DNA of 56,324 nt, filler included, from Sphacelaria rigidula (taxonomy: Eukaryota): assembly GCA_964200075.2 (NCBI GenBank). It is 7 parts of 7 records of this genome, joined end to end, with 100 filler letters (N's around TTAATTAATTAA, not from the genome) between each part and the next. Parts side by side here need not be neighbours in the genome. Positions count along the whole stretch, not along the records: positions 32,245 to 40,205 come from CAXNAA020012832.1; positions 40,306 to 48,265 come from CAXNAA020012833.1; 5 more parts are not named here. One strand, given 5' to 3'. The notes under the pieces are model-generated. The model searched no databases, was not told the DNA's origin, and saw only the letters and a list, made by a program, of their open reading frames with translations. The position numbers and the translations under genes are program-made. Positions 34,970-46,800 of the stretch are shown one piece after another. The stretch's first letter is position 1. Each line of letters opens with the position of its first letter.

Positions 34970-37900
34970 CACTGTGTCCATGACTTGCAAGTCGATCTCC
35001 TTCATCAGCGGGACGATCTTTTCCTGAGTTACCGTCAGCTCTGTCATGCGCTGAATCGCGTCCTGTTTTTCCTTATCTCCTGTTTTCCACCAGCACCATT
35101 TGAAAATAGAAGATGTAAAAAAACAGCAGAAAAGGGGAAGCGCGAGGGGGGGGAGAGAGAAAAGTACCCAAAGCACAAGAGGAACGAATTAGAGAATATA
35201 TGGATAAATAAGGGTAGTGGGCAAAAAAAAGGTATATATATATATATATATTGTGGTTTCTTCGTCACTCCGGGGTACAGCGGTCAGCGACATTTTCATC
35301 ACGGCGAAAAAATATATAGTAGTCTCGATTTTCAATACCCATGCCGAAGACACGCGTCATTATATCTTTTCTACATACGTACTCGCAAGGAAAGACGGAC
35401 GTAAACAAGTAGGATATGTTCACTCAGCACGACTGCAAAGTTTCGGGTACAACTCGTAACCCACCCGAGCTGTCTTGTACTCTAAAAGGGGCCAAAAACA
35501 GCGCGTGGTAGTACTGGTACGTCTCTTGGTTTTATCGGGAGTGAATCGCCTTCTGGCCACAATTTGTCGTGTTTGAGTCATTTCTGTGACTCGTTCGGAC
35601 CAAAGCTCTGTGCCCTTTCGTGTCCTCTGTGGGAACGGCTGGTGCGCCCAGCACGAATGACTTGCGAGCATCAACACGCTTGTCGTCGCGTCGGGCACGT
35701 CGTCGAAAATCCAAGTCTGGCACTAAACAATTGCATCTCGCATACACCATGTGGATTTACATCAAAAGTAGTTGACTAAGTTTGACGAGAGTTGAAGCGA
35801 CGCGGAAGTGTTGACCCAATCCGCGGGGCCAAAATGCAACGAGTGTAACCGGGGAGAGATGGATTGATCTCTTGAGAACCACCACGGACCCATCCCGAGG
35901 AAGGGGAAGGGGTTCAATATGCGACATACAAAAAAAACAAGATAAAATAATATATACCCGTTTTTTTCTTGTTCATGTACCCACATGTACATCAATAAAT
36001 TTAGTTCGTTTCAATTTATATAATTAATTTCGCTACAAGTGGATACACTTTTTAATACTTGAACTTTTTTCTTATAACAAGATGAAATAATAATATTTAC
36101 ACTTATTTGTCATGAATATACCCACATGTACATAGCAGAAATTCATGTGAATATTCTCCCCTTTTGCTGAAAGACCGCTACCCTGGAAACGTGCAAAAAC
36201 CCATCGGGCTTGTACCGCATGAACTGATGCCATTTCCGTGTTCCCTTGAAAACTTTTCCCTGCGATTGTGTGGGGGCATCAACCCTCAACCTCCCAACCT
36301 CCATGTACGGTGGCTGTCGAATGGTATCGATACAGAATTTCGCCCGACAACCGAATTCTCATCAACCAATCATCACAAGGAATTTTACGAAGCAACCATA
36401 CTAATTTACACGTCCAAGGAAAACAACGGCAAAAAGAGGCAACGTACAGCAACGCTACAACCAAAAACACTACCAGCGAGGGTCCAAGATAGATATAAGT
36501 ATGCAAAAAATATGTTCCATATGACAGAGAGTTTCGGAAAACAAAAAATAGGCCAGAAAAACTCAGGGATAAATATCGCTAGATTAAATTCTAGTAAGAA
36601 GACGCAAATTATCCCTGAGTTTTAGGCTCAAAGGTTTGGTTTCCGAAACTTTCTAATATCCCAGAAAAAAACATAAATAACGTGCGCAACAACACCGGTC
36701 GCCCCGGTGGCCCGGTTGGTGACTTCGAAACCTTCTGACGGCTGGGTCGTGGGTTCGAACCTCGGTGCAGTCACACGATCTGGGATTTTACTCACACGAG
36801 GCCCAACCATGGAGAGCAACGATGTCGTGGATACACAAAAGTCGACTGCACTGTCGACCAGGGAACGGGAGTCCTGAACCTCTCTCAACATAGAAACAGC
36901 AAGCACAGCAGAAGGAAGGTGGAGAACTAAAACAAATACAACAAATAAAAACTCCGTTGTTGGCCTTCCTCATGTGTGACCCTGGCTGGTGCGCCCACAT
37001 AAATCGGAAGGTGTAAACTGGGGTCCAGAAGAGATGGGATGACAACATGACACACACGACAACTCGAATAACAAACAAGATGAACTATTCAAGAGAAAAT
37101 ACTACGGAACTAATTTCATTTCCCCCTCTCCCCCATAAAAAAACACTACTGCGAGGTCACTTGTCATATGACTGTGGCATGCAAGATCATGAGTACACCC
37201 CCCTATAAAAAAAACATGCCCGACACAAACAGAGAGCATCATGAGCTGAATCCAACAACTCAGCGTGGCCTTCACAGAATTTACATGAAAAAACGATGGA
37301 AAACAAACTGGAACAAAAATTAAAAAACACACATGCACACACACTAAACACGCCTCCGAACCCCCCGCAGAACGCCAACAAACGAAGCACCTGTCCAATT
37401 CTCCTGGGTAGCTCTGGTGAATGATTCTTTGTAGTTTGCCTCCAACTCCCCCCTCCGTCGCTCCTGCTCTCTGCACAGCTCACGCACCCTCTCCAGGAGG
37501 CCCTGTACCATGTCGTTTCCGGTAACAGGGTCCTTTCGCTGCTCCTCTAGTCCCTGAGCACACAAGCAAGTAAACAAGAGGACAAAACGGAAACAAGAAA
37601 GGCGGATATGAAGAAAGAAGATTAAAAGAAAAGCACAAAACGAGCACACAACATGACGACAGGGTCACAATAAAACAAGGGGGATGAGAGCGCGTCCAAC
37701 ACCAAACTAAAAATAAACACACGAAAAAGAACTCTTGTACAAAAAATTTAGGCAGCAGGGAGCACAGACACACACACACACACACACATGAGAAAAAAGA
37801 AGAGACGACTGCATACAGACGGTGCCATGAAAACACACGCACACACGTACACACGCCGAAACAAACTGCAGGAGACTTCGTGCAGGAACGAGGTACTGTA

Positions 37901-39822
37901 ATAGGTATCCCACGGACAATATTTGCCCGTGGAGCATTGAATATCACCCTTGAAGACAGATGGGGGGTGCACAGTTAGTGTGGTTGGGTCAAAATAGACA
38001 GATCCAGACCACACACAACGCGCCCCATGTAACCGCCCCTCGTCTAGCACTCTCACCCCCCAGCCGCTCGCATGAAAACAACACCGGGATATACAAGAGC
38101 ACCTGCGCAACCAGGAAACAGACTCAATACATAATTCGCCGCCTTTTCATCTCTGAACCACTTCTCCTCTCTCCCGCCCCAACGACGACAGCAGCGACAG
38201 CAGCGACACCAAGGGCAACAACATTAACAACAACAACATGAACGATGTTCTATACCCAACTTCGAAAAAATTCCATCTCTTTCTTCTCCTCTTTCTAGAA
38301 GAGAGAAACTGTAGAAAAATGCCGGATATTTTATTTCATTGGGTTTTGTTGAAACATCACTTCATAAAACCCGGTAACATCAACGGCAACAACAAACAGC
38401 AACAGCAACAACATTATCCCCATCGACAAAAAAAATCAAGAATGAAAAAAAACACGAAAAAAAATACTCACACTCTTAATATCGGCGTAGTGCTGCGCGA
38501 CCGCCTTGGCCTCCTGCCTAAACCTGCTCTGGCTTGTGCGACACGACTCCACGAGCTTCTGCTCCCGCTCCACCGGCACGCAATCTAGCAAGGTCGCTCC
38601 CCCTTCGTCTCCTCCCTCCACCTCCACCGCCCCCGCCCCTCGTCCAACCCCAACACCCTCACTATCGATCGCTCCAAAGCCTGGAGCGTTACTCCCCCCT
38701 CCTGCCACCCCAGACGCAACATGCGTCTCCGCGAGCGCCCCGCCAGCGGGATAGGATCGGTCACCGGCTAATCGGTCCTCGCGGCTACCGCCGCCGCCTC
38801 CAGCGCTGCTATCATGGCTGCTAGCGCTGCTGCTGCCGCCGCCGACCACAACGCTGTCCGATGTTGCGGGCCCCGCCGCAGTTGCCGCGGTTGAAAGCGC
38901 TGCTTGTGGGGGTCGAGCGTGTTTCGTTGATCGCCTCCCCGACTTGAGCGAAGCCGCCGCCAGGGACGGGTGCAACGGGATATTTGCCAATTTCGCGAGA
39001 TCCCCGTCGAACGTCTTTTTTCATTGTTGGGGAGTGGGGGGAGGTAAGGGGAGACAGCAAAAACATTATGCAAGTTGGTTGGTTTTGATGTGATGCCACA
39101 AGAGAGGTCAGTTGTGCAGGCGCAGGGGCGTCATGTTCTTGCACAAACTGTACTGTGACTGCACTAACCCCTTCCTACCCCACGAGACATTGGTTTGGAT
39201 GATGACCCTGGTTCGTTCTACTACTGTCGTGCCTAACCCTCACCCTGTAAGGATAGATGGAAACAGTAATGGTTGTTCGAACGCGCTTCTTACCAAATGT
39301 CGTGGAAGAAATGCCGCAAAATATGCCCCCCCCCCCTCCACCCCCATCCCTTCTCTATCGGAACATGACCCTGAAACACCCAATCTTATGGTACTCGACA
39401 CGAAACAGTCGTCTGGTAGACTTTTGTTTTTCATGCGCGCATAAAATTCGCATAAATGATGGGTTCTCCTTTTTCGGTCTGCCGCACCAAAATCAAGTAA
39501 GTGTGACATCTCGGCGGGGTTTCCGCTTCAGAATGCCCCCTTTAGATGGAACGAAACGCACATTTTTTTTTTTTCAACGCATGAAAAACAAAAAGCCTAC
39601 CGTCTCAGGGGCAATAACGTCAACAGCGGGGAAATTACATTACACCGAAGTCGGCACATGATCTCGGTATATGTTTCATGTCTACGTTGGGAACCGCACC
39701 TCGAGCATGCCCTCGTGTCGCAACGCCTGTTCGTCGAGCTTTTCACTCAAGGCTCGGTAGCCCTGCTGCAGCGGCTCCCAGTGGTCGAGAGAGTTGGACA
39801 CCGCCGCCGCGAGCGCTTCGAT
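34970..39822 (-). CDS. ATG11: Autophagy-related protein 11 (ATG11/RB1CC1-FIP200 family), internal exons only
   Basis: Phase-compatible GT-AG exons: 39822-39700, 39014-38472, 37553-37391 and 35079-34970. The translation IEALAAAVSNSLDHWEPLQQGY...RHEGMLE/TFDGDLAKLANIPLHPSL...TLLDCVPVEREQKLVESCRTSQSRF matches the ATG11 N-terminal signature (F..D...L..I.LHP.L...LLD.V). Confidence 0.8.
36695..37063 (+). mobile_element. tRNA-derived SINE in an ATG11 intron
   Basis: Pol III box A-like TGGCCCGGTTGGT (36708-36720) and box B GGTTCGAACC (36752-36761) occur at tRNA spacing. They are followed by a ~300-bp body and a CA-rich tail. No intact cloverleaf was seen. Confidence 0.65.
37170..37204 (+). mobile_element. 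Tiny 3' end of LINE family B
   Basis: GTGGCATGCAAGATCATGAGTACA-CCCCCCC. Confidence 0.7.
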
Positions 39823-40205
39823 CTACAGCAAACGACGACGTTCAAACAAATATTTCCGCAGGAATCCCCGCCCCCCGAGAAAAGTGACACAGATGGTGAA
39901 ACAGGAAGGTACAAGATGAGGAAAACGTTTCACGTTTTGCATCGGGGAAAGCGTAACGAGCGCCCAGATAACGCAAAAACAAGAAAAAACAAAGTGAGAC
40001 AACACGGAAGCAAACGGCACAAAAAACATGGACCGCATCAGACACTTTCTACAATACTCCTCCCCCCCCCCCCCCCCGAAACCAGCAGGTTAGACACCCA
40101 TGAGGCAGTGCAAAAGCTGTGGCTGTGTCTGGAAGTGGCGATACCAGAAAATGAAGCAAATCATTGTTGGCTATCATCCAAATGCAAGATAATCAATAGG
40201 CTTCG

Positions 40206-40305
40206 NNNNNNNNNNNNNNNNNNNNNNNNNNNNNNNNNNNNNNNNNNNNTTAATTAATTAANNNNNNNNNNNNNNNNNNNNNNNNNNNNNNNNNNNNNNN
40301 NNNNN
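40206..40305. other. Artificial contig linker
   Basis: N44-TTAATTAATTAA-N44. Confidence 0.98.
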
Positions 40306-40440
40306 ATTAACTGCTGCGAACATCTGGGAGGGAAAGATTCCTTCGCTCGGTCGCAAGTGTTTCGCGTCATCCCCGCAAAAAAAAAAAAGCCACTTCAACC
40401 TCATTTTTGGGATGGACCCCATTTTTCAGGATCCGCTGTT
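40306..40440 (-). repeat. Family C terminal fragment
   Basis: The reverse complement reads AACAGCGGATCCTGAAAAATGGGGTC..., matching 17372-17500. Confidence 0.8.
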
Positions 40441-41799
40441 CACAAATGAATTTACAGGCAATCAGTACCTGCAGCGACGAAATTGCTGTAATATTCCGTG
40501 GTGAACCGTCTGCCTACTACTGTTGTTGCTCGAAAGCTGTCCTCAGGCAAGGCCCTCCTGGTCAGCGCTTAACGGCGCGGGTCACGAATGCAGTGGCAGG
40601 TGGTTAATCGTAGGACACCCCTGTTCCTAACTATATCTTTCCTCAGCTTAGGGCCGTTACTATCGACACAGTATTTTGGGAGATGGATCTGCGTTCAGGC
40701 GTTTTCGCACCTTTGTTAGAGCCTTCTCCCAAAATTAAGCGGCGAGATGTTTTCGCCAAGCCTTCACGTTTGGCGAATGCCTAATATTTCGGACCCCAGC
40801 ACAATACTCCGCAGAGCTTCCCTTGGCGCACGCCGCGGCGCTCGCAAGCATGCGAGAATAATCAAGAACCTTGCTAGTGACACCCTGGGCTATGTCGTAG
40901 AGTAAAACGCACCGCGGGTTGGCGGTATCTGTCTCCTTAGACGATGTGTGCCCCGGCAGCGGTGTTGGAGCTATTGGGGCCAAGCACGGTGGTCGTCGTT
41001 TGCAGACATACGCACTTTCGAAGCGAAGAGCAGAAACATTCCAGTAGCTACCTACTTGCTTGCAGTGCTGCTACGAGGGTACGCTACCGCACCGTCTGAA
41101 GAGTGTATAGCTAGTGGTTTGATTGGGTGTACCTGCGCATACAACTCACAGAAAGCAAGCACCCTGCAATCCATGCACGGGGCTTTCTACCGTCGGTATT
41201 TTTACTCATGTGTGCTGCTGCAGCATCCCGAGAGAGCCGGTCGATGACGCCCTAGCCTGTCCGACTACCCCCCCGTGTCACAGAGAGGTTGTGAGAAATA
41301 TGTTCACCACAGTTATGAACGCCATACACGGGCAGGTAGCATAACCCTGTCCTTTATTTTGCCGGCGAAGACGCAAGCAAACGACGAGATCAGCACCATC
41401 TGTAATGAGATATCTAACAGCAACAGTAGATCTAGATAATAACGAGCCCGAGGCGAATGCTGAAATTTCAGACCTTCTCCCATCTTGTTTATTTGTCGAT
41501 AATGAAGGCCCTTAGGCCCTTAGGATGACTCTCCTCACATAACAGTTGTTTGTGACAGACACCCACACAGACACACACCATGCAGCGACTGGTCGTACAG
41601 TAGAGAAGCGTAATAAAAGGATGTCGACCCACGTTTCGGTCACGCCATCCAGAGTTAAGCCACCCGCACGGGGTATCCTTTTTCACTCTGCATGCCAAGA
41701 AGGTTTGCACGAGTGTTTGATCTCTCATCCATCCATCCCCCCCAACTGGGATTTGGCAGACTGTTATCCTTGTTTTACAGACGTCGGGTGACATCAACG

Positions 41800-42232
41800 T
41801 GTACAATAACACCCCCAGCTTCCGATTATTAGATCTTGCCGCAAGAACGTAGCCGTCCTCGCTCGCGGATGTATGTGAGAGAACAGTAGCGGTGACGAGA
41901 ACATCACCCTGCTTTTCGACGACGTGTTCTACTGCGCACAGAGCACTTCCTGTTCAAGCAGAGAGGCAGAGAGAAATCGATATTTGCACTGGTCAGCGCC
42001 ACGGACAGGAAACGACAACCGGGGCATCCCGCGACCTTGTTTCCGCGGTTGTGCTACAAAACCCCGCCTGCCCACTCATGGAAACCTGGGTATGTGCTGG
42101 TACTATAACACCATGCCAATCTCTGCAGCTAGTGGTGATCGCCGAACGAGGACATACAAAGGACACCGGCGAGGAGCTTCCTCTCCGCCGTTGCTCCTCT
42201 GGTGATATCGTCATCGACAAGCGTGTGCACGG
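41800..42232 (-). repeat. Family C internal fragment
   Basis: The reverse complement matches 4205-4620 and 17540-17930. Confidence 0.7.
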
Positions 42233-42818
42233 CTCAAACTTCTATTGCAACCAAGGCAGAAGACACCATCAGGGCTTGCGCGATGACCGTAGAATGATGC
42301 ACTTCGCTATCTGACAACAGTACAGCAATGCCGCGCGCTCATGCGCTCCATGCAGCAGTGCACGGTACCGCACGTACCTGCACAAGATATCAAGATACGA
42401 CCCGAGAAACGTATATGTGTACAGTACTGATCACGACGTACAGGGTCTCGCGCCTGCATATTTGCGCAGCTGTTGCACCTGGCGAAATTATTAACTCGTT
42501 CATCTTTGCCCATTCTGTTAGTGACGAAAAGATGCATCGTGTGCCCCACTGGACCACAGTCCACCGACCTACGAGTACATGTTATGGCGATATGGCTGAC
42601 TGCGGATCTGCATACTGCATGATACATGATACTGCATACGACTGTGCCGGTTCGGCACATTGACAGGTAATAATTCCGCCGCATTTTCTAGACTGAGTGC
42701 ATGAAATATGAAATAGAGCTTGGCGGTTAGCGGTGTGCGGCACTAGACATTCTGGTGGTAGTGCGGACTGAACGTCGTACTGTCGCGGGGCCTGTAGTGC
42801 ACTGTTATCACGCCGACA

Positions 42819-42987
42819 ATGATCAATATGCCGAAGTTCATCTACCACATGGTGGAAGAAGACAGGTGGAGGCCGCACGCGGCAGCTGGGGCTCCTGGAT
42901 ATCTGCCGCTTGCCTACGCTGAGGAAGGGTTTGTCCACTGCAGCATAGAGAACTTGGTGCTACCTGTTGCAAATCATTTCTTGAAAG
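42819..42987 (+). CDS. DUF952-domain protein, first exon
   Basis: The translation MPKFIYHMVEEDRW...YLPLAYAEEGFVHCS...VANHFLK matches the DUF952 signature (IYH.....W...EGFIH.S). The donor is AAG/GTATGC at 42987/8. Downstream exons were not found. Confidence 0.75.
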
Positions 42988-43213
42988 GTATGCGTGGCCG
43001 AAGTATGTCTAGTGGTCAACCTTGCACGGGGTCTACCATAGTTGGTTGTAACGAAGTAACGACCAGTGTTTGTTGGTTGATTGACATAATTCGGCTGAGG
43101 CTGTTCACTTGTATGATGCCTTATTATTTACACCTTTCCCCTCAACATCGTTTCGGAATAGTATCACCGACTGACCGTTCATGGGTTTCCATGTTTTTCT
43201 AGGGGATCGGAGG

Positions 43214-43238
43214 GGGGGTGTACTCATGACTATGGCAT
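43214..43238 (-). mobile_element. 25-bp LINE family B 3' end with 10-bp TSD
   Basis: GGATCGGAGG at 43204-43213 and 43239-43248 flanks a minus-strand ATGCCATAGTCATGAGTACACCCCC. Confidence 0.7.
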
Positions 43239-43806
43239 GGATCGGAGGAGGGGGGGGAAGAGTGCGGGTTCTTCGATCGTGAGAGGACGCTCTTCAAAAC
43301 AACCGCACGAGTTTCCGGGGAATTTCGAAGTCAGGCAACAGTCCTGCAGGGACTGGGGGAATCTTTTTGATACAGTAGTTTTGATCAGTCGAATGACCGA
43401 TTCTGTTCCCCTACAAATTGCCTAATATCGCCCACCTGGGCCACCTGGAGGTCGAGATGGGCTTGACCATCTCCAAAACGACCATTGATCCATGGAAGCA
43501 CACAAAACAGAGGGCACGTTTCGCTATTGTGCAGGCTTGGCGACCTGCCTACCCCCTCTTGTGTTGCGAAGATAACGGCGTACGATTGTTGAACACAACT
43601 GAGCAGAGATGAGCACAGCGTATACTCTGCCAAAGAAGTGCAACGAGTATGTTGTACACGTACATCTCAGCAGCAGTGGTCCCAAGCGTGCACCACTTGG
43701 GCATGACAGCATGTGCCATCTGCTCAGTCAAACAAAACGTGCACAAACGTGACTGGGTGAGAGAAAACGCTCATGGTTCTCCTGAACAACTTACTTTCCA
43801 TCTAAA

Positions 43807-46800
43807 TGTGAGGAAGGCGTATCGCTAGGGTAGTCAGAGACCTACGGGGGGAGACTGCAGTCCTGCTGCCGAAGGAACTCCGAGGCTGGCGATGATTTCC
43901 TTTTGTATATGTAGGCAAGAAGTTGGGTCGGACGAGAAGTGATCGCCAGGGGCGACCAGCACCTCGGGGGATGTTGGACCGTCCTGATATTCGGCTCTTC
44001 ATGGCATCCCCCGAGTTGTCTAGTCACGTCGGCATTACAGGGTCCTCGATAGTCTGGTCTTTCCGGACCGTTCCTACCTTGTCCCTGCTTGCGCTGGTTC
44101 TTCATACATGTGTGGCATCAGTCTCTGATATGTTGCTGCAAAGCGGTATCTTCCACATTTCCCCCCCTTTATGCGCCTCAAGCCCATCGGGACTATGGCT
44201 GGTGGGACGAGGCGATCATAAGCTTCGCTAATGATATTACCGTGGAAGTGTCTTTGAGTGACAAACATTGATTGAGTCACACCGCCACTAATCGCAAATC
44301 AGCCCTTCTCTATGCTGTGGTATTGAGTAAACACCCCCAGTAAATTTTAGCTACGTGTGGTCAGTAACAGTGCATGTATTCCAAACCCTCTACTTTTGGT
44401 TTTCTCTGTCATGTAGCTGTCATATGTGACATGTTTCCATCAGATGTATTTGCACTTGGGTGCTGGTTGCATCTGCTGGTATGTATGACTGGGCACTGGG
44501 ACACTGATCGGTCCACGGGCGCCTGGATTATTCCTGCCCGGGCTCTGGGATGCCTTCGGTTCCACTAACACCGGAATAACACAAAGTCCTCGCGTTAGTA
44601 CCAAAGCGGTGGGTCTGATGTTTATCTTGCGAGCATTGTGCTCTGTGGTGAAACATCGACATGATCTTTGCTTCATATAATTTTGTGTCATGTAACTGTC
44701 ATATGTGACCTGTTTCCGCGAGATGCCTTTGCACTTTGGTGCTGAATGCTTTTTCTGTTTCTACATGCCTGGGCACTGGGACACTGATCGGTCCACGGGC
44801 GCCTGGGTTATTCATGCCCGAGTTTTGGGATGCCTTCGGTTCCGCTGACACCGGAATAGTACAACGTCCTCGTGTTAGTAACAAAGCGGTGGATACGATG
44901 TTCTCGATCTGTGAGCATTGTGCCTTTTTGTCCAAACATCGTCAAAATGACCCTTGCTTCTTGTCAGCAACTACCCCCATTGCTGAGAGGTTATCTTCCT
45001 TGGCAAGTCGCACCCCCGTCACCGCTGACATGTCAGATCTTCTTCCGTTCATGTCTGTATTGTTCCAACGTCGTTTTCGACTCTCATTAATCTCCGAATT
45101 TGACCACAGGCTACTGCTCAACTCTTGAGCGTTATGCTAGGACGCTCGAGCAGTCTGTTGAAGAGTCACATCCGTTTCCGTTTCCCTGTAGTTTTGGATT
45201 TCGAATCCGGATGTGAGCATTCAGCTAACCTCTTGTCATGACAGTATTTATCGATGAGATATTTACATGGTGGCATTTCGTGCGCCCGGTAGGTCAGGTC
45301 AGCCGCTGGGCCGTAGCCCCTGAATCTCAACAGATATTTATAGTTGTAACAACAGATATTTATAGCTGTAACGACTTCTCCGACATGGGCCTGGCGCGTG
45401 ACCTACCACTTTTTCGACGTGTAGCGTTCTATTGTGGGTAACGTTCCGTCTGGTTGGTCTATCTCCGATAGAGGTATCTGTCTGCCTAGGAACAACTCGC
45501 TCAACTTGTCAAAGCCCGGTGCTGGCGCTGTTTCTCGCGGGTGATATTTCTTCAAATGAGTGGGATGTACTGATGTTTTTTTAGAGTCGTCGCCTATTTT
45601 GACTATGTAAACCGGCGATCGTCTCTCGGTTATCATGAAAGATCCTCTTCATGGTAATTGGAGTTTCGGGTTCGGCCTTTCTGAGTCGTGGTATGGTGGG
45701 TACAAGAGAACCTTTTGACCGGGTTTGAACACTGGGAACGGTTTTTATTTATTTTTGTTTGCTTCCTCGTTCGCTCCCTCTGGTAGAGCTTGACCCGCAA
45801 TTTCAAATCCTAACCGTAGGTTTTCCCGTGTTTCTTTGAAAAAATCTTCGGGTGTCGCGGCTTTTTCCGGATGCTAAATGTGGTGAAACTCTATCGATAA
45901 AATTTCTGGCTATCGACGTGGCCTGTCGGCTTGGTATCGAAATGAGAAACGCATACTCTGTGAGGTAAACCATTACGGACAGTACCTATCTACCTAATAC
46001 TCCAGCTTTTGACATCGAAGCTGTTTTTGTATTCGACTAGGTCCGTCGACACTCTCCCATATGGCCGTCCTACCGGAACGTGTCCCATCGACACATTCTG
46101 GCCGGTCGACTGACAGCTCTCGGTCACTTTGCACTGGCTTCACACGGTCGAGCTTGTTAGCTGATATTTGACGGTGATATGTGGTTCAGCTATTTGCAGC
46201 GCATGGTCTTTTGGCACATTACCACATATTTGTGTAAGCGATGGTTTGATTTCAGCTTTTCGTCGCTCTGGAGTTGCGCAAACAGTCGTGAGGATGTCCG
46301 GAATAACATGAAGTTTCTCCAATTTTGTCTCTTATCATTATCAAGTTTTTCCGCTTTTTCGTCTCTTGTATCGAGGTGATACAGCCCAAAAATCGTATTG
46401 CGTTTCAGCTTTACATGTCGGCTCGACGGGTTGGCGTACCATTGCCGTCTTATTCGTTGCCGACCACGTGCATACTGTCTTTGCAACAATGATGCGCGTG
46501 AATGCTTGAGGCAAATCAAGCGATCGAGTGTCTTCCTCGGTTGTTATGCGCGGCTCCACGACAGCTGCTGTTGTTGTTGGCGGGGTATTTTCCGTTCCAA
46601 GCAGTACGGTCATTTCACTTTGTGGTGGCACACTGCATGTTTGGTGCGAAACTGGAACAGAGTAAGAACATTTCACACCGACTATAGAACAATATGTTGT
46701 TTCAGTGTGTTATATTTTGTGAGCCCTGTTGTTTCCGATGCGATGCTTTGATTATTTTACTGGAATCACGGAACGTTCGTTTTTCCGTCTGCCGGTCGAG

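Noticed and set aside
36701..36775. tRNA gene
   Set aside because: No convincing acceptor or anticodon stems were found. It is better explained as a SINE head.
17372..40440. Giant 23-kb transposon bounded by AACAGCGGATCC / GGATCCGCTGTT inverted termini
   Set aside because: The two ends lie on different, artificially joined contigs.
43203..43425. Second exon of the DUF952 gene after a TTTTCTAG acceptor
   Set aside because: The translation lacks DUF952 C-terminal motifs with or without the 25-bp insertion.
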